A DNA stretch of 20,650 bases from an uncultured virus (IMG/VR IMGVR_UViG_3300021387_003972) (taxonomy: Duplodnaviria > Heunggongvirae > Uroviricota > Caudoviricetes). The stretch lies in IMG/VR virus record IMGVR_UViG_3300021387_003972; one strand, given 5' to 3'. Below, piece by piece: positions 9,578-18,783 of the stretch. How positions within the stretch are numbered: position 1 is the first letter of the stretch; the number at the start of each line of letters is the position of its first letter. The notes beneath the pieces were generated by a model. That model was not told where the DNA came from and did not search any database. It saw only the letters and a list, made by a program, of their open reading frames with translations. The translations under genes were made by a program, and so were the position numbers.

Positions 9578-11142
9578 GTAATTGCATCCTTCACATATTG
9601 AGGAGGTTCAAAGTCCTCACCACTCGTAAGCATTGAATATGCGACATCTACTTTGTTGTTCAACATCTTCCCGAGGACAGGGCAATATTCTTTTTCATGG
9701 AACAAATATTTTGCTCCAGGCTGTACATCGATAAGAGTATCGAGCTTCGCTTGATTCAACTCATAAATGCAGGCTTCCCAGGTCCATCCTTTCACCTCGC
9801 TTGCCATGAATATATGCTGTAAGCTATGCGCATTGTTGAAGGTTGAGGCATTGTCAATTCTATTCTGCTTCCCGTCATTATCAGTTATCACAGCAATTTT
9901 CTTATTCGTTGACTCAGCTATCGCTAAATACTTACTGTATGAAATTCCATTACACGAGATTACCGTAACTTCGTCATCCTCTATAGTTTTTCCCGTCATT
10001 TTTTCATAGAAATAGGGGATAAGCAAAAACTCTGTTGCGCCTTCCACTAAGATGGCTTTTTTGGCAAGAAGCAACTGCAAGAATGCATTATCATCAGCCT
10101 TTACAAAGAATTTTGCTACTTCTCTGTTTACGAAGCTCAGAGATTTTGCTCCCTCATCTGTAATCCACAGGACATTATTTAAATTCAATCTACTGGCAAT
10201 CATATTACTATGTGTTGCCACGATGATCTGTGATGTTTCCTGCTTCTCAGATATCTCCTGCAGCATTTTTCTCAACATAGAGAAACTCAAATGGTTTTCT
10301 GGTTCTTCTATTAGGATGACATCAAGACCGCTTTTCTTATCAAGAGCAATCTTGGTCTTAATGAGGCTTTCCATGCCGCTTCCACGGTTTTCCAAAGAAA
10401 TAGAATCTTCGTACACTGATAGAATTGCCTCTAATATCACTTTTTTACCATCGATACCAAACTTCCTTTTTTCATCAATCTCCGGCAAACCGATATTTTC
10501 AAAAGCATGATCCAACTGATCTCTAAAGGAATTCTTAGCCTTTGTGCGCATACCTTCATTGTATTTGCTGGCAAAAAGAGCCTTGTTATAATAATTGAAT
10601 GATGCAGCTGTACCATTATTTGTCGTATCGATGGATATAAAATTAACCGGCCTCTTCACCATCTGGTAAGGGCGATTCGCATATGTCATCCAGGTCAGAG
10701 CATAGTACTCGTACGGAATCTTCCCCTCTCGAATAGATTCGTCCAGCCCATCTCCGATTTCTTCGTCAAATCTGCATTCAAAGCGTATTCCATACTTTTC
10801 CGCCTGTCGCTTACGTCTCCCATAAACTTCGCCGTGGAAGTAATCTGCATTTCTCTGCTTTGGATCAAGCTCCAATTCAACTTCAATCACAATTCTTGGA
10901 AGTGTTTTGATACTTGGATTTGCTTGAAAAGCAGCAACCATATCAGCATTGAACAAGTCTCGAAGAACAGCTTTATCCGAAGTCCTATACTGTTGGTTCA
11001 AAACAGTTCTGAGGGCATCAAAAATCGTACTCTTTCCTGCCTCATTCTCTCCCACCAGGATATTCATGTGTTCATTGAAATCAACTTCAAGGAAAGAGAA
11101 TTTCTTAAAGCCTTCGATTGACAGTCTTTTAATGTAATTCAA
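9562..11142 (-). CDS. gajA: Gabija GajA-like OLD-family ATP-dependent nuclease (ABC ATPase + TOPRIM), 526 aa, TTG start
   Basis: IEGFKKF, GENEAGKST (Walker A), RGSGMES (ABC signature-like), ILIEEPENHL (Walker B/D-loop), VATHS (H-loop), TOPRIM ILVEGATE and ITDND. TTG start with GAGGAGGTG 5 nt upstream. Confidence 0.9.
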   Translation of the reverse strand: MNYIKRLSIEGFKKFSFLEVDFNEHMNILVGENEAGKSTIFDALRTVLNQQYRTSDKAVLRDLFNADMVAAFQANPSIKTLPRIVIEVELELDPKQRNADYFHGEVYGRRKRQAEKYGIRFECRFDEEIGDGLDESIREGKIPYEYYALTWMTYANRPYQMVKRPVNFISIDTTNNGTAASFNYYNKALFASKYNEGMRTKAKNSFRDQLDHAFENIGLPEIDEKRKFGIDGKKVILEAILSVYEDSISLENRGSGMESLIKTKIALDKKSGLDVILIEEPENHLSFSMLRKMLQEISEKQETSQIIVATHSNMIASRLNLNNVLWITDEGAKSLSFVNREVAKFFVKADDNAFLQLLLAKKAILVEGATEFLLIPYFYEKMTGKTIEDDEVTVISCNGISYSKYLAIAESTNKKIAVITDNDGKQNRIDNASTFNNAHSLQHIFMASEVKGWTWEACIYELNQAKLDTLIDVQPGAKYLFHEKEYCPVLGKMLNNKVDVAYSMLTSGEDFEPPQYVKDAITWISE

Positions 11143-11147
11143 GAAGG

Positions 11148-11156
11148 CACCTCCTC
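11148..11156 (-). promoter_or_regulatory. Shine-Dalgarno site (GAGGAGGTG) of gajA, overlapping the MTase stop codon
   Basis: Minus strand reads AAGTGAGGAGGTGCCTTCTTGAAT. Confidence 0.8.
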
Positions 11157-14100
11157 ACTTCTTCCCGTACTTTTCCTCAAAGAACTTCCATGCTGTCTCA
11201 TAGTCCTGCTCGCGGTTACAACGATCAAACGGCGCTACATATTCAATAGTGCGTTCCACCGAACCTCCTGGCATAGTATCGTCGGTGATAGTACGATAAT
11301 ATTTCTTACCAGCAGGTGCGCCTTTAACACTTTTTTCCCATTCTGACCGAGAAAAACCGACATTTGTCAAACTGCGATTGTTTGTAAAAACGATTCTTCC
11401 GTTTGCATCGTACCAAGTATCAGCCTCATAAGATTGTAAGACTGGGAATTGAATCCTATAAGCAGTTCTTAACTGATCCAGACTCATCCCCAATGCCATT
11501 GAGACCAAAACATCTAATTCCACAAGCGCTTCTCTTCTCTCAAAATCGCTTCTTAATGGAAACGAGGAATCCCATTTAATAGACAAATCTTTATACCGGC
11601 GATCATTTAGTCTACTGTCTTGTTTTGCCCATCCGTCTTCGCAATACTTTTGATTAAAGGTGCTATTCCATAGAGCAGCATATTCTTCAGTAATGGCATT
11701 CAAAAGCAATGCCCTGACTTCTATTGAAGGCGCAAAGTTCGTCTCCTCAAAACAAGGAAATGCAGAAAAAACATTGTAGCATCCATTTGCCTTGCCTGTG
11801 ACTTTAATATAAAAATCATAAGGAATAGAGGCCATGCATCCAGCCATAGATACTAAACCTTTTTTGAATGTCATACTATAAATTCCGTCTATATGGCACA
11901 CTCCCGGAGGTATAATAGCTGCTACTAAAGTTCGCTCTCCGCTTAAATTAAGCATTTTACGCATGCCAATTCTATATGTCGAATGATACTTACCACCCCA
12001 TGGCAAATCTATTATGTGTTGTTCATATTCGATTTGATTACATGCCCTTCGATAATTACATCTCGCCATATAATCCTGTCTAATATTCATTAAATCGATA
12101 CTGTCATAATCACTATTAAGTCGGCAAATCGCCCTTGATGTTTTAAACCTAGGATTTGCAACCCCGATATGTGGTCCCGATATAATGGTATCACTTGCTT
12201 CATCAGGAAAATGGACATCCCTCTTTATGATTCCTGTCTTTGAGTCTGCAGCCTCAAAAAACATAACAGCATATGCTAGATCCCTTTCGGGAATAGACGC
12301 TATAGTATTTGACTGAATTGCAAAACGCTCTAAAGCATCTAAAAATACTTGTGTATGTAATGATGGAAGGCGAGCACTTTCCCAGTCATCACTATCATCA
12401 AATAGCTTTGCAAAAAGCGATAGCTCTCTTTTTCCAACCTGCACAATTCTTTTAGGGTGTCCCTGGGTATTCCAACGACCTAAATCATCCTTAATTCCGG
12501 GGACATTTCCTCTTACAGATTTATCATAACAATCCTCGATTGTTGATGGATCATATAAATTTGAAATTGAATCAAAACGAGTACTCGGGGAGTTACAATA
12601 AACGTTTAGGCTAAAGCCCATATGGTGATCGACTTCTGCAAACAGTTTAAGTTCATTTGTAAATTGAAAATGTTTCCTAAGTCTCGGATATAATACCTTG
12701 CGAAGTGCAGTTCCCTTGGGATCATCATAAACGCCATCAGGATGTACAAATGCACTTACTCCATTTTCGCGTGAGAAATCCCATGCCTGCGGCAGAAAGC
12801 ACTTAAATAGATTTGTTTTCATCCCAAGCAAACAATAATAGTTTTGTGCAGCACACATATAGCTCTGGCTACTTGCCATCTGCTCATATTCATTAAAATA
12901 AATGCTGTATGTTTCATTACTTTGTAATGCTTCCATCCGTTTCTGGGCCGTTTCTGCTGCCGACATACTTCTAATCGCAAATAACGGATTTGAATCAGCT
13001 AATACATCTTGTTCGTTCCAAAGCATTAATATCCATGGCGGATTTCCAATCACAAGATCGAAGCCGCCCTTATCGGCAAATAGATCTGCAAATTCCAATT
13101 CCCAATGCATAAATTTGTTCTGTTCCGCAATTCTATAAGCAAGGTCAAGTCTGGGGTTATTCTTCCTCAGCGCCGGGATATCTACGACACTTCTTTGGTA
13201 ATTCAGGCCATAGCTTGCAACGATATCAACAGCCATCTGCTCCATCTCTGTTGGAAACAACGACATTTGACCAGCCATCGTATATTTATCTACATTGATT
13301 GAAGCAATAGTCCCTTCTAGAATCAGAGACATGTCAAAGAAGAACTCACTGCGAGAAGGCAGCAAATCCGCTTTATCGATCGGCCAGAACCAAAGAGCGC
13401 ACCAATAATCCATCGCAAACTTCAGTCTTGCGTATGGACCAGCATTTCTCATATGTTCTGATTTATATAGCTCACTGAGGATCTTATCCTTCTGCCGGAT
13501 CGTTGTATGAGAGTCCTCTGCATCATCCTGATGTCCAAACACAGACAGATGATCCTGTGTCTTCTGTTCTACTTCTTTTCTCAGACTAACCTGGGCTTCC
13601 CACAGCTCATCAACAATGCTGGAAAGGCGAAGTAGTGTTCCCACATCATTTTGGTCATACGGCGCATTAAACTTCTTGTTCCAGGCTTTCATCGTCTTGA
13701 TGTTGTCCGGTTCAAGAGACTTTATCACCTTATCGGAATAGTTACACATTCCTGGATCACCAAGAAGAAAGTGGTAAATCTGCTTTCTGTGCATCTGATA
13801 GTTCTTGTCCGCGCGTGCAGTTCCAACAGGGATTCTTTCCGGCGCAAGCTCGAACCACCGCAGCCCTTTTGATGTGGTCGTAAGATTCTCCACTCGATAC
13901 ACCTGTCTCCGTGCTCCGATCAGCGAGTTGCCATTTACCAACTGCGTGCCAAACCACGGCACAAAACCGCCCTCGTGAATGGTGTTCAACCACAGGGAAA
14001 CCTCTGCGAGTTCCACAGCAACAGGGTTCAAATCAATACCATAAACGTTGCGATCTGCAATATACATTTTTACTTTCTGAATTTCTTTGAACCGATCTTC

Positions 14101-15930
14101 ATAACCTATAACCTCCCCAATCTCCTGTTCCTTGCGGGAGATATAAGCTTCCGCCAGCTGGTTGATGGCTTCGTTTAAGAAGGCTGCACTTCCCATAGCA
14201 GGCTCGCAGATTGTCAAATCTAGAATCTGGTCTGCTGTTTTCCCTTCTAATAATTCCTTCAGAGCGTATTTCACCAGACACTTTGTCAACACTTCCGGCG
14301 TATAGTAGGACGCGGATTTCTCACGTTCCCGCCCCGCCAGACGATAGATGAAAGTGCCTTTCTCATACATGCGGAGCTTACCTTTTTTCTCTCCGGATTC
14401 ATACCGGACTCGTTCGTCCTCGGTATACTGATCCAGCTCGCTTTCCGAGACAAAGTATCCGACATCCAGTTCGTTAAAACTGTCTCCTGCTCTCTTCACT
14501 TCATAGAGATCGTGTTCCGCAATAAACCCTCGATAGGAAAGTAGTGCTTCATAAACTGCACCCATCTGGTTGATTCCGAGATTTGCATAGGAAATACGCC
14601 CACGACGGCTGTTTTTTCTGCCAGTGGACTTTGTGAGACTCATCAACTCAATGATTCGCAGCATGCAACTGTTCCTAAGCTTGCTTGCCGTAATCATTTT
14701 GGTGTATTCTGGGTCGAAGATATGCGCTTTAAGTGGTGCGATCAGAAACATATCATGCAAGCTATCCGTCCCGGTCGCTTCCTTAAGTTCTTCTTCCGTC
14801 TTCGGATAGCCAGCGTAAATCAGATCATAAAGCTTTGCTAGTGTTTCATGGAGATAGTAACCGTCGCCGACTTCTGTTACCTCATCACGGATGTTATCCG
14901 CAATATCACGGAGGCTTTCCAGAGAGTATCCCGAATAATAGCTCTGTGCTTTGATCGGTGCATACCCCAGTTCCGGCCGAGACTCTATGAAGAGGACAAA
15001 GAGCATTCGGTACATATACCGCAAGCACTCCAGTGTCAGCTGACCAGCGTCAACAGGATCTGCTTCTAAATCTCTACCCAGTCGAGTCTTCATATCATAT
15101 AAAACTTCATTTCCAAGAAGTTCTATGCTTTCTCGCAGAGCATACTTAAGATCTTGCGAAACGCCAGAAGCGTTTCTCTGGCTCTGCTCATCCAGCTCAT
15201 CCAACAAGATTTTTCCGTCTTCCGGGCAAAGTGAATCCTTATGCAGAAGAACGGACATGGCTTGCAGCGTGGAATTCTCCAGACGAGAGAAAATTTCTTC
15301 CAGTTCAAACTGCAAATAGCGCTTTTCATTCCATTTGTTTCGGTCGATCAGAGCAATCTGATTCATCCCGATATACATCAAAAACCGCGGCGGTTCGTTT
15401 TGTCCAAACAGAATCTTGGTAGCAAGTGCCTCACCCGGCATTTCACCAAGAATGCCTTTATACACAGTGCCATATGCATCTTCCGTTACCTGAGCCGTAT
15501 CAAAGGTATAGCTCTCCATAATGCCGGCATCCGTCTCGGTAGACGCCATTAGTACAACCCACAGAAGTGGAGCACCGTTTGCTTTCTTCATCTCCAGATA
15601 GACAGGCACTTGCAAAGTATCATCTGTCTGCACCATCTGCGGAGCTGCTTCCGGATACCCCAACGATTTCAGATAGCTGTCCGCCAAATCGCGAATATTC
15701 TGCAGTGTCTGCATGTTAACGGAAGAACGTATAAAACGGTCATGTGCGGCGTAGAACTGCGCTGCATTACGACGCAGATTGCTCCAGGGTGTGCGAATCT
15801 CTTCGGATTCCCTTGCTGCTACGTTCCAAGCGGTAATGGTATCGCCAGCATTCTCCTCAAACACGGTTGCGAAGTAATGATTAGTATAGTATTCGTTTTT
15901 ATTGGTAATGCCTGTTAAATCCATACTCAT
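11155..15930 (-). CDS. Type IIG/Eco57I-like SAM-dependent N6-adenine DNA methyltransferase with fused target-recognition region (DISARM DrmMI-like), 1591 aa
   Basis: MGAVYEALL, REKSASYYTP (motif X), ICEPAMGSAAFL (motif I, about 14180-14210), YGIDLNPVAVELA (II/III), GNSLIG, GFDLVIGNPPW (motif IV, NPPW at 13044-13033). The start overlaps the SNF2 stop (ATGA). The start could be Met1 or Met3. Confidence 0.92.
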   Translation of the reverse strand: MSMDLTGITNKNEYYTNHYFATVFEENAGDTITAWNVAARESEEIRTPWSNLRRNAAQFYAAHDRFIRSSVNMQTLQNIRDLADSYLKSLGYPEAAPQMVQTDDTLQVPVYLEMKKANGAPLLWVVLMASTETDAGIMESYTFDTAQVTEDAYGTVYKGILGEMPGEALATKILFGQNEPPRFLMYIGMNQIALIDRNKWNEKRYLQFELEEIFSRLENSTLQAMSVLLHKDSLCPEDGKILLDELDEQSQRNASGVSQDLKYALRESIELLGNEVLYDMKTRLGRDLEADPVDAGQLTLECLRYMYRMLFVLFIESRPELGYAPIKAQSYYSGYSLESLRDIADNIRDEVTEVGDGYYLHETLAKLYDLIYAGYPKTEEELKEATGTDSLHDMFLIAPLKAHIFDPEYTKMITASKLRNSCMLRIIELMSLTKSTGRKNSRRGRISYANLGINQMGAVYEALLSYRGFIAEHDLYEVKRAGDSFNELDVGYFVSESELDQYTEDERVRYESGEKKGKLRMYEKGTFIYRLAGREREKSASYYTPEVLTKCLVKYALKELLEGKTADQILDLTICEPAMGSAAFLNEAINQLAEAYISRKEQEIGEVIGYEDRFKEIQKVKMYIADRNVYGIDLNPVAVELAEVSLWLNTIHEGGFVPWFGTQLVNGNSLIGARRQVYRVENLTTTSKGLRWFELAPERIPVGTARADKNYQMHRKQIYHFLLGDPGMCNYSDKVIKSLEPDNIKTMKAWNKKFNAPYDQNDVGTLLRLSSIVDELWEAQVSLRKEVEQKTQDHLSVFGHQDDAEDSHTTIRQKDKILSELYKSEHMRNAGPYARLKFAMDYWCALWFWPIDKADLLPSRSEFFFDMSLILEGTIASINVDKYTMAGQMSLFPTEMEQMAVDIVASYGLNYQRSVVDIPALRKNNPRLDLAYRIAEQNKFMHWELEFADLFADKGGFDLVIGNPPWILMLWNEQDVLADSNPLFAIRSMSAAETAQKRMEALQSNETYSIYFNEYEQMASSQSYMCAAQNYYCLLGMKTNLFKCFLPQAWDFSRENGVSAFVHPDGVYDDPKGTALRKVLYPRLRKHFQFTNELKLFAEVDHHMGFSLNVYCNSPSTRFDSISNLYDPSTIEDCYDKSVRGNVPGIKDDLGRWNTQGHPKRIVQVGKRELSLFAKLFDDSDDWESARLPSLHTQVFLDALERFAIQSNTIASIPERDLAYAVMFFEAADSKTGIIKRDVHFPDEASDTIISGPHIGVANPRFKTSRAICRLNSDYDSIDLMNIRQDYMARCNYRRACNQIEYEQHIIDLPWGGKYHSTYRIGMRKMLNLSGERTLVAAIIPPGVCHIDGIYSMTFKKGLVSMAGCMASIPYDFYIKVTGKANGCYNVFSAFPCFEETNFAPSIEVRALLLNAITEEYAALWNSTFNQKYCEDGWAKQDSRLNDRRYKDLSIKWDSSFPLRSDFERREALVELDVLVSMALGMSLDQLRTAYRIQFPVLQSYEADTWYDANGRIVFTNNRSLTNVGFSRSEWEKSVKGAPAGKKYYRTITDDTMPGGSVERTIEYVAPFDRCNREQDYETAWKFFEEKYGKK

Positions 15931-18767
15931 TTCAATACCCCCGAGAATACTGCCACAATCCTAATGTAAGGATTATCCTGTATGGTCAATGTCTCAGTAA
16001 CCCAGCTGATAAATTCATTGAACAGCTCATCAATGCTCCGCTCTTTTTCTTCCAACTTCCGTTCATGTTCGAACAAAGTCATCTGATAATACTCGTGGTG
16101 CCTGTTCTGGAGCTCGATCAATTTGTCCACTTCCTTGTCCAGAAGTGGATTCATCCGATTCTGATAGTCCCGGAACTTCTCTTTAAGGAAGTCCTTTGTA
16201 TGCTCCACCACATCTTCCAACAACGCCTCTGCAGAGCTTACTTCATCTTCTGTAATTGCGTCCGTGTTGGTCAGACTGGAAGAGCGAATACCGGTCTTTT
16301 GCAAAACTTCATTCATATCCAGAACCTTATCAAAGCTGCCGTTCTTATAGAGAAGTCCAAACCATTCATCCACCAACGGAGTGGATTTTAAGTTCGGAAT
16401 ACTGCCGGATACAACATAGATAATCTCATCAGACGCAAGCGCATTTGGAAGACCGACGATAGGCGCCTGGCCGCGTTCAAATAACAGACCAGCCTTATCA
16501 TTGATCCAGTTAAATACCGGATGCAACGCCCAAAGATACTGCGTTTTTGGCCATGCGGTCTCCGCCATGTTGTTTTGCATACTACGCCGCATCTCTTCCA
16601 TGCAGAATACCTTGTCATCAGAAAGGCGCAAAGTATCTCCCGCAGGAAGCGCTTCTTCCGGAACCAATGCCCGCAGCCTGCGCATCATGTCCGGTGTCAC
16701 CTTAATATCTAACCCGGAAACTGTCCCAAGCTTTTCTACTGGATGACTCTCCGATTGATTCAGGTATCCAAGTGCCTGCGATAAATATTCAATATCTGAA
16801 TAAAGCGTTTCATCATCAACCGTCCTGGAATCTGCAGCCTCTTTCTCTTCAGCTTCACCAGCTGCTTTCATTAACTCCTCGAAAGGATCAAACTCTTCTT
16901 CCCCGGAATCCAGCGTTGCTTCAAACGCCTGCTCATCAGAGCCATTTTCAATAGCATCGATCACAACCAGTTCTTCATCCTCGATTGTGAACTTGCCAAG
17001 AAGAAGAGACGGATCACCGATATTTTTCAGTGCCTGCTCTTCTTTTGTGATCAAGATCTCGATAATCCGCATATCACCCTTGATACGCTTATTATCACTC
17101 TCAATCATCATATATCGGATGTCCGGACGCTTCTGTTGTCCATATCTGTCGATACGTCCATTTCTCTGCTGGAAAACCATCAGCGACCAGGGGATATCGA
17201 AATGGATCAGTCTATGGCTGAGGTAATGAAGATTCAAGCCTTCCGAAGCAACATCGGACGCAACAAGTACTCGAATCCGCGATTCCGAACGTCCAAAGTC
17301 TTCAACAATTTTTTGCTGATCTGCATCACTCATGCCGCCAGAGATTTCTTGAATAGCATTAGCCGGCAGTCCAAGGTCATCCCGTAAATGCTCTGCCAAA
17401 TACTTCATCGTCTCGATACGTTCTGTAAAAATGACGATACGATCATCCGTTGCCTTTCGATCCCATCCATAGGCAGGATCATTCAACAACGCAAGAAGCT
17501 TCTGATAGCGAGAGAAATCCTGTGGCTTAATTCTCATAAGTGCATCACGAAGAGATTCCAGCTTTCCGATGTCCTTAATCTCTCCGAAGCCATATTTCTT
17601 GTTCAGTTTGGCAAGTCTTGCATCAATGCTTTTGATGCAAGCGGCGGGACTAGAGAATAAGGACTTTTCGAGACTTGTCTTAAACAAATGTCCGTTGCCG
17701 CGCTCACGGCCGACATCCATCTGCAGCTGCATATCAGAGAAGATTTCATAGGCGTACTCTTCTCTTGCTGATGCATGACAACGCTCCAAATGAACTTCTC
17801 TTTCAAGGAAAGCACCGCCTACTTGGTCCTTAACATCTTTCTTAAATCTGCGAATGCAAAGGCCTTTTATATCTTCCGGAGTGTAATCTTCCGGGTTTGC
17901 TATCGCAGTTGGATCAAGCATATTCATGAGTGATGCAAAGCTCTTTGCTCTGCCATCGTGCGGCGTCGCAGAAAGCATAATCATAGTATCTGATCTGTCC
18001 GCAAGTAGCTTTGCAAGTCTGGAACGCTGCGCCTGATGGTCTCCACGCTCTGCTACATTCTGCGCTTCATCGATAACGATGATATCCCAATAAGCATTCT
18101 CCAAATGTGTCCTATACTCGACATCCCGCTTTAGGGTATCGATAGAGACGATGGTCTTGTCATAGTAGAAAAACGGATTGTAATTCGACGGCAAACTTGC
18201 ACGTATTTTTTGAATTCTGGACGAATCCAGGCGAACAAGAGGAATCGTAAAACGATTCCACATTTCCTTCTGGAACTGAGTCATCATGCTCTTTACTGTG
18301 ACAACAAGAATTCTTCGCCCTTTACCTCTTGCAATCAGTTCAGACATAAGAATGCCCGCTTCCAATGTCTTGCCCAGGCCGACGGTATCTGCTATCAGAA
18401 TTCTCTGTCTCGGTTTCTGAAGAGCAAGCTTTGAAGGGTCAAGCTGGTAAGGCATCGGATCCATTGCCGCTTTGTAGCCAATATGAATATTCGTGTCTGT
18501 CGGAATTTGCTGCCTCCACTGGCTCTCCAGATAGAGAAGCGACCGCTTATAACGCGGCGAACGATCCGGAATGAGTTTGATTTCAGCCGGATTCACAATC
18601 TGTATTTCCTCAAGATCAGTCAGGAAAATAGCATCTTTATCTTTTACAAGTGGTGAGATGCCTACACAATAAAGAACTCTGTTTCCAAGACTATTTGTCC
18701 TTATTTTTTTTACCATCCATTCTTCATCTCGAATGATGGTCCGCATGCCAGGTGCATAATCAACCAT
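15927..18767 (-). CDS. SNF2/RapA-family helicase (DISARM DrmD-like), 946 aa
   Basis: PMPYQ, ILIADTVGLGKT (I), QFQKEM, IVIDEAQN (II), MLSATPHDG (III), RIVIFTE (IV), SDVASEGLNL (V), HFDIPWS...QRNGRIDRYGQ (VI). AGGGGT RBS-like sequence upstream. Confidence 0.93.
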   Translation of the reverse strand: MVDYAPGMRTIIRDEEWMVKKIRTNSLGNRVLYCVGISPLVKDKDAIFLTDLEEIQIVNPAEIKLIPDRSPRYKRSLLYLESQWRQQIPTDTNIHIGYKAAMDPMPYQLDPSKLALQKPRQRILIADTVGLGKTLEAGILMSELIARGKGRRILVVTVKSMMTQFQKEMWNRFTIPLVRLDSSRIQKIRASLPSNYNPFFYYDKTIVSIDTLKRDVEYRTHLENAYWDIIVIDEAQNVAERGDHQAQRSRLAKLLADRSDTMIMLSATPHDGRAKSFASLMNMLDPTAIANPEDYTPEDIKGLCIRRFKKDVKDQVGGAFLEREVHLERCHASAREEYAYEIFSDMQLQMDVGRERGNGHLFKTSLEKSLFSSPAACIKSIDARLAKLNKKYGFGEIKDIGKLESLRDALMRIKPQDFSRYQKLLALLNDPAYGWDRKATDDRIVIFTERIETMKYLAEHLRDDLGLPANAIQEISGGMSDADQQKIVEDFGRSESRIRVLVASDVASEGLNLHYLSHRLIHFDIPWSLMVFQQRNGRIDRYGQQKRPDIRYMMIESDNKRIKGDMRIIEILITKEEQALKNIGDPSLLLGKFTIEDEELVVIDAIENGSDEQAFEATLDSGEEEFDPFEELMKAAGEAEEKEAADSRTVDDETLYSDIEYLSQALGYLNQSESHPVEKLGTVSGLDIKVTPDMMRRLRALVPEEALPAGDTLRLSDDKVFCMEEMRRSMQNNMAETAWPKTQYLWALHPVFNWINDKAGLLFERGQAPIVGLPNALASDEIIYVVSGSIPNLKSTPLVDEWFGLLYKNGSFDKVLDMNEVLQKTGIRSSSLTNTDAITEDEVSSAEALLEDVVEHTKDFLKEKFRDYQNRMNPLLDKEVDKLIELQNRHHEYYQMTLFEHERKLEEKERSIDELFNEFISWVTETLTIQDNPYIRIVAVFSGVLK

Positions 18768-18783
18768 GTTTCCAACCCCTGCC

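Larger units (their letters stand above)
1..18767 (-). other. DISARM-class-I-related (ARMADA-like) defence operon: SNF2 helicase, MTase, [gajAB insert], YprA/DUF1998 helicase, UvrD helicase
   Basis: Same-strand genes joined by an ATGA overlap (15927-15930), a 12-nt gap, a 16-nt overlap, a 33-nt gap and a TGATG overlap (2082-2086). No terminator-like hairpin in the gaps. The domain set is shared with DISARM class I (SNF2, adenine MTase, helicase, DUF1998), but no DrmC-like PLD gene is present in the window. The system name is from recall. Confidence 0.75.

Noticed and set aside
8423..11160. Direct repeats or att sites flanking Gabija (AGTGA and AGGAGG occur on both sides)
   Set aside because: The similarity is limited to Shine-Dalgarno and stop-codon sequence. 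No true duplication or recombinase gene is present.
340..18574. Numerous 60-160 aa ORFs on the plus strand or in alternative minus-strand frames
   Set aside because: All overlap long motif-bearing genes, have atypical composition and show no family signatures.
1..18767. Calling the locus canonical DISARM, BREX or Druantia
   Set aside because: No separate DrmB or PLD DrmC, no PglZ/BrxC and no Druantia accessory genes are recognisable in the window. Only a related architecture is supported.
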